Source of the DNA: Candidatus Margulisiibacteriota bacterium
GTDB taxonomy: Bacteria; Margulisbacteria; Marinamargulisbacteria; JBFWNS01
Length of the DNA: 64,000 nt
NCBI GenBank assembly: GCA_050250935.1
Contig: JBFWNS010000002.1
Coordinates: 166,433-230,432, forward strand
Direction: 5' to 3'
The position numbers were made by a program, and so were the translations under genes. This document shows positions 56,379 to 64,000 of the stretch, in pieces. A model generated the notes under the pieces. It did no database searches. It was given only the letters and a program-made list of their open reading frames with translations, and was not told the origin of the DNA. Each line of letters opens with the position of its first letter. Position 1 is the stretch's first letter.

Positions 56379-57497
56379 TTACTTTAATAAGGCCAAAACC
56401 GCCGCTTCCAAGGTGGGGTATTTTACAAATTCTGGCCAGAGGTCTTCCATGCCCTGGGGTTTGGGGGCGGAAGGAAAAAAAGATTTAAATACCGAAGGGC
56501 GAATGGGCAGGTGTTTTTCTAGGGCTTCTTTGGCATAGTTGGCAAACAAGGCAAAGCGGTTTTGGAAGGGAAGATCGCCACTGGCGTTTTCAAGGTCATA
56601 ACAGTGGACCAGATCGTGAATTTTTTGGTTGATGGTTTCGGGATGGGCCGATTTGTTTAGATAGTCCCGAACCCCGCGTTCAAATCCGGTTTTGGCAACA
56701 GGGGTATCTTCGTAGGCGGTCAGCATCAGAATCATGGCTTTCGGGGCCAGTTTTTTGATTTCGGGGATTAAGTCGTGGCCTTTTTTACCTGGCAATTCCA
56801 CATCCAAAACCACCACGGCAACGTCTTTGTTTTGGGCCAAAATTTCCAGGGCTTCGTCGGCCTCTTTGGCATCCAAAATGGTATAGATTTTTTCCAAAGA
56901 CAACCGAAACGCTTCGGCGATAAAGGCTTGGTCGTCAATAACCAAGACCTTCTGTTTTTGGGGCCTAAAAAAAGCTTCGGGCAAACTTAAATGCACCCCA
57001 AATTCGACTTCGTTTCCTTTTAACTTCATCCATTCCGCTTCCAAATTCGCCTGCACCAACAACCGGGTTTCTTCGAGGGGGCCATCGGGCTTAAACTGTT
57101 GGGCGGCATAGCGCTTTAACGATTCTGTGGCATAGTTGGCGAAGGTGGTTTTGCAAAATTCCAGCAAGGGTTTATCGAAGGCATCGAAGACAAAAACCCC
57201 GCCCAAACGCATCAGGCGGACGGTGGCGTTATGATGGGTAATGCCCACAATCATGACGGGGATGTGGGAATAGGTGATTTGGATGTCTTGAACGGCACTT
57301 TCGAGTTCGGACAAAGAGAATCCGCCACAATCAATGACAACCACAGAAAACGAGGTGTTTTCGAAGCTTAAATCAGAAATCAATTCCTCTTGGTTTGAAA
57401 ACCATCGGGACGAGACTTGATCGGCAAAAAAAGCCTCGAAAAACGCAACCCGTGTCGGGTCTTCGGACAAAATATAAGCAATAAAATTAGAATCCAT
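56379..57497 (-). CDS. Response regulator with tandem receiver domains and no recognisable DNA-binding domain
   Basis: Degenerate N-terminal REC (VVVIDCGG); canonical second REC (VLVIDD, VVLDVELP, LTAY, YLNK). Confidence 0.82.
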   Translation of the reverse strand: MDSNFIAYILSEDPTRVAFFEAFFADQVSSRWFSNQEELISDLSFENTSFSVVVIDCGGFSLSELESAVQDIQITYSHIPVMIVGITHHNATVRLMRLGGVFVFDAFDKPLLEFCKTTFANYATESLKRYAAQQFKPDGPLEETRLLVQANLEAEWMKLKGNEVEFGVHLSLPEAFFRPQKQKVLVIDDQAFIAEAFRLSLEKIYTILDAKEADEALEILAQNKDVAVVVLDVELPGKKGHDLIPEIKKLAPKAMILMLTAYEDTPVAKTGFERGVRDYLNKSAHPETINQKIHDLVHCYDLENASGDLPFQNRFALFANYAKEALEKHLPIRPSVFKSFFPSAPKPQGMEDLWPEFVKYPTLEAAVLALLK

Positions 57498-57511
57498 CCC
57501 CGACTGCCCCC

Positions 57512-59539
57512 TTACACCACAATTTTTTCGAAATCTCCAATAGACTTAAACAACCCATTAATTTGAGACAAAAACGCCAAGCGGTTGGCTCGAATTCCCT
57601 CGTCTGGGTCCATGACCATAACCTGATCAAAATAGGTGGTTAGGGTTGGGATGAGGGTTTGAACCATCGGCTTGTAGTGGTCGATGACGGTCTGCGGGGT
57701 AACCCCAGCTGGAAACAGGGCTTTGAAAGCATCCAAAGCCACCCCTTCTTGAGCGTCTTTAAACAAACGGGGCTCCACTGCCGATACCGCTTCCGATTTT
57801 ACCAATCGGGCGACCCGAACCCCCAGATCCACCCAGGCTTTAAAATGGGGCTCTTGGCGGCGGGCTTTTAAGAAGGTCAAAGCAGCCAGTTGTTGGCTGG
57901 GTTTTCCAGCAAAATTAGCCATAACAGCATCGACCAAATCGTAGTCGAATCCGCGCAGCTCTTTAAAAAACAAACTGACCCGCTGTTTGAAAAAATCCAA
58001 ACAGTCTTTTTTTCCTGTTTGGGTTTGGAGGCCCTCAAAGGCAGCATCCAGACCCTCGGTTAAAGAAAAGGAAGTCCAGTCGGGCAAGGTTAAATTCATT
58101 TCCAAAATCGCATTGGCCATCCGACGAATGCTCCAGGGATCTTGAGAGCCGGTTGGAATCAGTCCGTTTACAAAACAGGCTGCAATTGTGTCCAACCGAT
58201 CGGCGATGCCAACCACAGACCCCGCAAGGGTTGTAGGCAAGCTATCCCCAGCAAATCGGGGCAGATAGTGCTCTTCGATGCCCAAGGAAACGGGCTCGGG
58301 CAGCCGGTGATACCGGGCATAAACCGCCCCCATTTTGCCTTGAAGCTCTGGCAATTCGTAGACCATTTGGGTGGTTAAATCAGACTTGGACAACCGGGCA
58401 ATGATTTCGATATTGGGGTCTGTTTTTCCAATAAACGAAGCCAACTGGATCGACAGGCGCTGAATTCGCGCCACTTTGTCGGCCAAGGTTCCCAACCCTT
58501 TTTGGAAGACCACGGTTTTTAATTTTTCGGCGTGTTGGTCCAGGGTTTGTTTGATGTCTTCTTCGTAAAAAAACCGTACATCGTCCAAACGGGCCACCAA
58601 AACTTGGCGGTTGCCTTTTCGAATATTGGCCTCGCTTTTGGGGGTGACATTTTCGGCCACCACGGCAAAGGAATGGGTTAATTGACCGTTGTTGAGAATG
58701 GGAAAGTATTTTTGATGCTTTTTCATACAGGCAATTAAAGCCTGTTGGGGCAGGCGTAAAAAGTCGTCGGGAAACGATTCGACCAGCACCGTTGGCCATT
58801 CGCACAAATAGGTGACTTCTTCGAGCAAGCCTTCGTCGGATTGGGCGCCATGGGTTTCCAGTGCTTTGCGAATCGCCTGCTTGCGTTTGGCGGGGTCTAC
58901 TACCACATGGGCATTTTCCAGAATCGTTTCGAATTGGGTGGCTTCTGGGACTGGAATGGGCTGATGATCGGCTAAAAACCGGTGCCCCCAAGTCTCGGGT
59001 TTGCTTTGAATGCCATACAAATTCAGAGGAATAGCGGTGTTGCCATGCAAACAAAGCACCCAATGCACGGGCCGAATAAAGGCCTTGCTTTCGTGCCCCC
59101 ATTTCATGGCAATGGGCAAGGGCAAATTGGCCACAACCGATTCCAACAGTTCGGGCAAGACTTGAACAGCAGGCGCAACCGATTCGTCGCGATAGGCCAC
59201 CACATAGGATTTCCCTTGCTCTTCTTCAACAACGAAAGCATCGGGATCGATTCCGGCTTTTTTGGCAAAGCCAATGGCCGGGGCAAGCCATTCGCCGTTG
59301 GTGCCTTTGGCTGCGGCCAATTGTGGGCCACGCAATCGGGTTTTTCCGCCGGTTTGCTCGGTGGCCAAGTTGGCCATCAGAACAAAACGTCTGTAGGTTC
59401 CCAAGGTTCGGACCTCGGTTGCAGCCAATCGGTGGCTGGCAAAGGCCGTCTCGGCTGCCGTTTTTAGTTGGTTTAAAAAGTCTGTCATAAAGCGGGCGGG
59501 AACCTCTTCCACACCCAGCTCGAATACAAATGGCCTCAT
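57512..59539 (-). CDS. glyS: Glycyl-tRNA synthetase beta subunit
   Basis: FELGVEEVPA, FIRPVHW, HQKYF, ELPELQGKMG, TGSQDP, NRLAFL. Confidence 0.96.
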   Translation of the reverse strand: MRPFVFELGVEEVPARFMTDFLNQLKTAAETAFASHRLAATEVRTLGTYRRFVLMANLATEQTGGKTRLRGPQLAAAKGTNGEWLAPAIGFAKKAGIDPDAFVVEEEQGKSYVVAYRDESVAPAVQVLPELLESVVANLPLPIAMKWGHESKAFIRPVHWVLCLHGNTAIPLNLYGIQSKPETWGHRFLADHQPIPVPEATQFETILENAHVVVDPAKRKQAIRKALETHGAQSDEGLLEEVTYLCEWPTVLVESFPDDFLRLPQQALIACMKKHQKYFPILNNGQLTHSFAVVAENVTPKSEANIRKGNRQVLVARLDDVRFFYEEDIKQTLDQHAEKLKTVVFQKGLGTLADKVARIQRLSIQLASFIGKTDPNIEIIARLSKSDLTTQMVYELPELQGKMGAVYARYHRLPEPVSLGIEEHYLPRFAGDSLPTTLAGSVVGIADRLDTIAACFVNGLIPTGSQDPWSIRRMANAILEMNLTLPDWTSFSLTEGLDAAFEGLQTQTGKKDCLDFFKQRVSLFFKELRGFDYDLVDAVMANFAGKPSQQLAALTFLKARRQEPHFKAWVDLGVRVARLVKSEAVSAVEPRLFKDAQEGVALDAFKALFPAGVTPQTVIDHYKPMVQTLIPTLTTYFDQVMVMDPDEGIRANRLAFLSQINGLFKSIGDFEKIVV

Positions 59540-60657
59540 GGTTTGGATCCTTCTTGCGCTTTGGCTTTCAAACACACCACCCCACCCTCTGTGCGTTTGA
59601 ACAACACGAGATTTTCGAGTTCAAATTCCCCAATCAAAACGGGATTTTGGACATCCAAGATCACCTGGGTCTGCTCGCTGGCAGCCAAAAACAGCCGATG
59701 CAACTGAGGCAAAAGACTGGCGTGAAGGCCAGCATCGGGAAACTTAATGCCCATGACGGTCGGTTTTTGGGGATGCAAACACAACACCACCCAGCACAAA
59801 AATCGGACCCAAGCATCGGACCATTCGTAGATGGGCAACTTCACCGAAACCTCTTGGACAGAGGCCAAAACCATGCACTCTCGACTTAGGCCTTTTTGAT
59901 TGACGGTTAAGGACAGAATCGCAGGAAAAGCGGTTTTGAGTTCCGCTTCGATGGCCTGAAACACGGTTGGGTTTTTGTGTTGTAATTCGTAAAGCAGGCT
60001 CGGCAAATTCGAGGCATCTTCGGCCAAAAAAGTGTCTTTTCCGGCGTCTCCCACATCCATAAACCGTTTGGCAAAGAGGGTTTCTGCCTTGTACAAGCGC
60101 CATCCCGAAATAAAGTGCTTAACACTGGCAATCACACCCAAGCTGGGGTCTTTGATCTGGGCCAGCCCCAGGCTGTTGGGCTCTCGGGTTCGAAACGTGT
60201 GTTTAATTCCCCAATGACTGACCGTGCCTTGGGTATTTTTTCGCTCGGGATCGTCGGCAATGCCCTCTTGGTTTTTCACTTGCATGAAGTCGAAACTGTG
60301 GTTTGGCGCCGTGCCTTTGATGCGTTCGGACACCACGGCCAACCGTTGCAAAGGACCTTTAAGCTCGCCTTGGTAAAACAAGTACGATTCGAGTTTGGCA
60401 TCGGCCTCGATTTTAAGGCTCCATAACAGGGACGATTGGGCATTGAAAAACACCTTGGTCCCCACATGGGTTGCCCATAATTCGGGGGTCATTTGGCCTT
60501 CGTTTAGGCTGTCTCTGAGGGCGGACAAAAATCCAAACACCGACGACTTGCCCACCCCATTTTCGCCCAAAAAAACCGAAAGTCGGTTCAAAGGAACGGT
60601 GATGTCGTCGAACAGGCGATAGCCCTGCAACCGAATGGATTTGATTATGGATTTCAC
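59536..60657 (-). CDS. AAA_21/SMC-like ABC ATPase homologue with degenerate catalytic motifs
   Basis: IRLQGYRLF and Walker A GENGVGKS intact; signature, Walker B and H-loop regions read [18 protein letters not shown] and ILDVQNP. Confidence 0.75.
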   Translation of the reverse strand: MKSIIKSIRLQGYRLFDDITVPLNRLSVFLGENGVGKSSVFGFLSALRDSLNEGQMTPELWATHVGTKVFFNAQSSLLWSLKIEADAKLESYLFYQGELKGPLQRLAVVSERIKGTAPNHSFDFMQVKNQEGIADDPERKNTQGTVSHWGIKHTFRTREPNSLGLAQIKDPSLGVIASVKHFISGWRLYKAETLFAKRFMDVGDAGKDTFLAEDASNLPSLLYELQHKNPTVFQAIEAELKTAFPAILSLTVNQKGLSRECMVLASVQEVSVKLPIYEWSDAWVRFLCWVVLCLHPQKPTVMGIKFPDAGLHASLLPQLHRLFLAASEQTQVILDVQNPVLIGEFELENLVLFKRTEGGVVCLKAKAQEGSKP

Positions 60658-61514
60658 TCGGGCTCCTTGATGTACAACTCGGCACAGCCTCGGGCCAGTT
60701 TTCGAATGCGCAGAATGGTAGCCGTTCTTTCGGAAACTGAAATGGCGCCTCGGGCATCCAATAAATTAAAGGTATGCGAGCATTTTAAGCACCAATCATA
60801 GGCCGGAATGGCCAATCCAGCTGCCAAGACCCGCTGGGTTTCAGCCTCGTAAAGGGCAAACAATTGAAAAAGCATCTCGGTGGATGCCTCTGTAAAATTA
60901 TAATGACAATTTTCGATTTCAGACTGCTTGTAAATGTCCCCATAGGTGACGATCTTGTCTTTGTGGGTTTGCCACACCAAATCGTAGACCGTTGGTTTTT
61001 GTTGAATAAACATGGCCAAGCGTTCTAGCCCATAGGTAATTTCAACCGAAATGGGGTTCACATCCACCCCGCCGCATTGTTGGAAATAGGTAAATTGGGT
61101 CACTTCCATGCCATTTAGCCAGACTTCCCAGCCCACACCCCAAGCACCAAGGGTTGGCGATTCCCAGTTGTCTTCGACAAACCGAATGTCGTGTTCTTCG
61201 GGAATAATCCCCAACCCGCGCAAACTGTTTAAATAGAGTTCTTGGACGTTCAGCGGCGAAGGCTTCAAAATCACTTGAAATTGAAAATAGTGTTGAAGGC
61301 GATTGGGGTTTTCGGCATATCGACCATCGGTGGGACGGCGGCAGGGTTCGACATAGGCCACGTTCCAATCGCTGGGACCCAAGACCCTTAAAAAAGTGTG
61401 GGGGCTCATCGTGCCAGCCCCTTTTTCAGTGTCATAGGGGTTTAAAATCAGACACCCTTGTTCGTCCCAATATCGCTGTAAATTAAAAATGATTTCTTGA
61501 AAAGTAAGTGCCAC
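60654..61514 (-). CDS. glyQ: Glycyl-tRNA synthetase alpha subunit
   Basis: [43 protein letters not shown]. Confidence 0.97.
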   Translation of the reverse strand: MALTFQEIIFNLQRYWDEQGCLILNPYDTEKGAGTMSPHTFLRVLGPSDWNVAYVEPCRRPTDGRYAENPNRLQHYFQFQVILKPSPLNVQELYLNSLRGLGIIPEEHDIRFVEDNWESPTLGAWGVGWEVWLNGMEVTQFTYFQQCGGVDVNPISVEITYGLERLAMFIQQKPTVYDLVWQTHKDKIVTYGDIYKQSEIENCHYNFTEASTEMLFQLFALYEAETQRVLAAGLAIPAYDWCLKCSHTFNLLDARGAISVSERTATILRIRKLARGCAELYIKEPE

Positions 61515-62036
61515 TTATCGTCTCCGTTGGATGTTTCGAATCAGCGTCATTTCGATTTCTCGTTGGACGGCTTTGATAAAAGACAAGCGCTTGTCGATGG
61601 GATCGACCAAAACAGTATGAGCCCGAACCCAACGCCCCAAGATGACATCGGTTAGCAGTTGATCGCCGACGACCACCGATTTTTCCAAATCGATGCCCTT
61701 TTCCCCAGCCAATTCTTGAAGGGCATAGACAAAGGGCTTCCAGGCCCGGTAAACACCGGTCACTTCGGCTTGTTTGCAGAACCGCTCGATGCGGCGTTGA
61801 CTGCGGTTATTGGACACAAAAAACACCTCGAAGCCCAGGGCTTTGGCCTTGGACAACCAGTTGAGTTTTTGCAGGGATAAATTGCGCTCTTTAAGGGAAA
61901 CCAGGGTGTTGTCGATATCCAAAAACAACGCCCGATACCCTTTGGCAATCAGGGCCTCCAGTTGAATATCTTCCACCCGCTCCAAAATTTCGCTGGGGCT
62001 TAGCAACTCGTAAACCACGGTTTTAAGCGACTTCAT
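61515..62036 (-). CDS. YqeG-family HAD IIIA phosphatase
   Basis: LDIDNTL, VSNN, AWKP, VGDQLLTD. Confidence 0.9.
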   Translation of the reverse strand: MKSLKTVVYELLSPSEILERVEDIQLEALIAKGYRALFLDIDNTLVSLKERNLSLQKLNWLSKAKALGFEVFFVSNNRSQRRIERFCKQAEVTGVYRAWKPFVYALQELAGEKGIDLEKSVVVGDQLLTDVILGRWVRAHTVLVDPIDKRLSFIKAVQREIEMTLIRNIQRRR

Positions 62037-62656
62037 GCAGGCACCACCGTCGACAGTCGGGCCACCAGCTCGAGAATGGCCTTGTGCTCGGTTTTGAAAC
62101 TGACAGGATTGGCCACCAAATGCGCCGTAGAGCTAAACACCGTGTCGATGATGTGCAAATGGTTTTCTTTTAAGGTTCGGCCAGTGGCGGTTAAATCGCA
62201 AATCAGATCGGACAACCCTGTATGAGGGCCCAACTCGACAGCCCCATACAATTTGATGAGATTGACCGACAATCCCCGCTTGCGAAAATAGGCTTCTGTG
62301 CAATGGGGGTACTTGGTGGCCACATGTAAGTTGTGGGTTAACTGATCGGCGTTCATGGGATTTGGACCTGCCAACACCAAGGAACAGTTCCCAAATTTCA
62401 AATCCAACAATTGAATGACGGGTTCTTCGGGCTTTTCCAACAGAACATCTTTGCCCACCACGCCCAAATCGGCTGCCCCTTGGCTGACATAGACCGTCAC
62501 ATCCCAAGGTCGAATTCGCAGCAGTCGCAGTCGGCCTTGGGCTTCGTCCACATACAATTGACGCTCGTCGTTGTCGGGAAAATGATAACCCAGTTTTTCG
62601 AACAAGTTCACCGCTTCGTTGTACAAATAGCCTTTGGCAATGGCAATGGTAATCAT
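62033..62656 (-). CDS. hisG: ATP phosphoribosyltransferase, short form
   Basis: IAIAKG, DLGVVGKDVLLE, VATKYP, GAVELGP, TGRTLKEN; ATG overlaps the hisZ stop. Confidence 0.95.
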   Translation of the reverse strand: MITIAIAKGYLYNEAVNLFEKLGYHFPDNDERQLYVDEAQGRLRLLRIRPWDVTVYVSQGAADLGVVGKDVLLEKPEEPVIQLLDLKFGNCSLVLAGPNPMNADQLTHNLHVATKYPHCTEAYFRKRGLSVNLIKLYGAVELGPHTGLSDLICDLTATGRTLKENHLHIIDTVFSSTAHLVANPVSFKTEHKAILELVARLSTVVPA

Positions 62657-63501
62657 AGGCTTACCTCGTCTAAAAGCACGTTCACATTCAAGGCAAATCC
62701 TACGGCTGGGCAATCATAGCCAAATTGTTGGATCAGGTTGTCGTAGCGACCCCCTTTGCCAATAATACGGCGAACCCCTTTGGCATAGACCTCGAAAACA
62801 ATGCCGGTGTAGTAGTCGTGGTGATGAATCAGCGATTTATTAAAGTGGACATAGTGGTCTTGGCCTTTGGCTTTTAAGGCCGAGTGTAGGACTACCAATT
62901 CGGGGTAATCTTGAACCACTTCTACCCCACCCCGCTCGGGAATATAGCCCAATTGCAGGTAGTCGCCGGCTAAAATGAGGGACCGTTGCTCGGCGCTCAT
63001 GTGGGCCGAAAAGGTTTGGTGGCCAATATCGATACCAAAATCCGTAAAGCCCAGGGCTTTCATCGCATCGATACAGGTCGAAATCACGCTGGCATCGACG
63101 GTTGGACCTTGCTCGCCAATCCATTCCAAACCCGCCTGAAAAACCTCGACCGGCTCGGCCGATTGAATAGCCCCCATCTGATAAACAGGATCCAAATAAA
63201 ACAGTTTTAAAGGACGTTCTTGGTTCTGCATCCGAGCAGCCACCAACCGTGCAATCGGCGCGGTATGGTCGGGCCGAAGCATCAGTAAACGACCTTGATT
63301 GTCAAAAAAGCGAATGGTTTTTTCCACAAATTGCGGATCCAAAACCGGGGTCAGGGTTTCGGCATATTCCAAGGCTGGGGTTTTGATTTTTTTGAACCCA
63401 TTAGCCTCAAAAATACCTTGAAGGGTCCGCACAATGGTCTGGTGTTGCTGGGCTTCTTCGGGGACAAAGTCCATCACGCCCAAGGGGGTTAAGGTTTTCA
63501 T
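62653..63501 (-). CDS. hisZ: ATP phosphoribosyltransferase regulatory subunit
   Basis: HisRS-like LRPDHTAPIAR, QAGLE, DYYTGIVFE, GGRYD; upstream of short hisG. Confidence 0.92.
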   Translation of the reverse strand: MKTLTPLGVMDFVPEEAQQHQTIVRTLQGIFEANGFKKIKTPALEYAETLTPVLDPQFVEKTIRFFDNQGRLLMLRPDHTAPIARLVAARMQNQERPLKLFYLDPVYQMGAIQSAEPVEVFQAGLEWIGEQGPTVDASVISTCIDAMKALGFTDFGIDIGHQTFSAHMSAEQRSLILAGDYLQLGYIPERGGVEVVQDYPELVVLHSALKAKGQDHYVHFNKSLIHHHDYYTGIVFEVYAKGVRRIIGKGGRYDNLIQQFGYDCPAVGFALNVNVLLDEVSL

Positions 63502-63568
63502 GATCTCCAGACTATAGCATTTCTCCCCCAAGTTCTGGTAGACTATTGCAACTTTCTACCGTACCCGT

Positions 63569-63654
63569 GCGCGAGTGGCGAAATTGGTAGACGCACTAGA
63601 CTTAGGATCTAGCGCCCGAAAGGCGTGGGGGTTCAAGTCCCTTCTCGCGCACCA
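63569..63654 (+). tRNA. tRNA-Leu (anticodon TAG)
   Basis: GCGCGAG/CTCGCGC acceptor, CTAGA-CTTAGGA-TCTAG anticodon arm, long variable arm, TTCAAGT T loop, ACCA end; 86 nt. Confidence 0.96.
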
Positions 63655-63657
63655 GAT

Positions 63658-63680
63658 TTAGCTCCGAAGGAGCTAATTTA
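63658..63680 (+). terminator. Hairpin after tRNA-Leu
   Basis: TTAGCTCC-GAA-GGAGCTAA followed by TTTA. Confidence 0.55.
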
Positions 63681-63763
63681 TAATCACAAAAATGGAATTT
63701 TTATGGGTCGGAATTTGAACTGAATTCAAATTCCTCGCTAAAGTTGGGGTTCAGACTCTTTGC

Positions 63764-64000
63764 TTAAAGATAAACTGAATAAACCACCACCCCAACCCGC
63801 CCAATATGGTCTAAAAAAGAGGGGTCTTCTAAGTCATAAAAAAGCGATAAATCGATTTTATAAGGCAAAAAAAGGTCCTCTAACTCTTGGAAAATGCGAT
63901 ACAACGTCTCGGCGGTGAGGCGCTCTCCTTTTAGAGTTAAATCGATATCCGACCCATTTTTGTAGGTTCCTTTAGCGCGGGACCCATAAAGAATCGCTTG
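63764..64000 (-). CDS. Minimal nucleotidyltransferase (MNT, HEPN/MNT toxin-antitoxin type), 5'-truncated by window edge
   Basis: Manual translation, absent from the ORF track: QAILYGSRAKGTYKNGSDIDLTLKG...LPYKIDL...LDHIGRVGVVVY. GS...DID catalytic motif. Confidence 0.88.
   Translation of the reverse strand, partial: QAILYGSRAKGTYKNGSDIDLTLKGERLTAETLYRIFQELEDLFLPYKIDLSLFYDLEDPSFLDHIGRVGVVVYSVYL

Overview
A 64-kb, gene-dense segment of bacterial chromosome. The organism is a diderm with a Terrabacteria-like gene set (GlyQ/GlyS, HisZ plus short HisG, YqeG) alongside a TonB-dependent receptor and outer-membrane barrels. That mix would fit Margulisbacteria or a relative, but this is inference and was not tested. 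Most of the window is housekeeping: mreB, maf, pyrC, acs, gcvHP, a full pstSCAB-phoB-phoR-phoU operon, fabI, queG, hisS, aspS, hisA, ilvE, pepA, bioF, glyQ, glyS, hisG, hisZ, tRNA-Gly(TCC) and tRNA-Leu(TAG). Accessory genes are interspersed. The best candidate for a new system is at 51.5-57.5 kb. There a class I terpene cyclase with a long N-terminal extension lies between two similar 6-TM histidine kinases, next to a tandem-receiver response regulator. An identical 41-bp promoter-like repeat precedes both the cyclase and one kinase. The layout resembles synthase/sensor/regulator quorum-sensing loci and suggests terpene-based signalling (hypothesis). Other notable items: an atypical cytochrome P450, a PorV-like barrel paired with a T9SS-CTD cargo, and two Cys-rich RxPP/RPP upstream ORFs before outer-membrane metal-uptake genes. 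The window also holds a degenerate ABC-type ATPase wedged inside glyQ-glyS, two solo AAA-DUF4143 genes with palindromic operators, a Met-gamma-lyase-like enzyme with an internal duplication, and an orphan with an NLS-like motif. No CRISPR array, rRNA, integrase or transposase was seen. All calls come from reading motifs by eye; no database searches were run.
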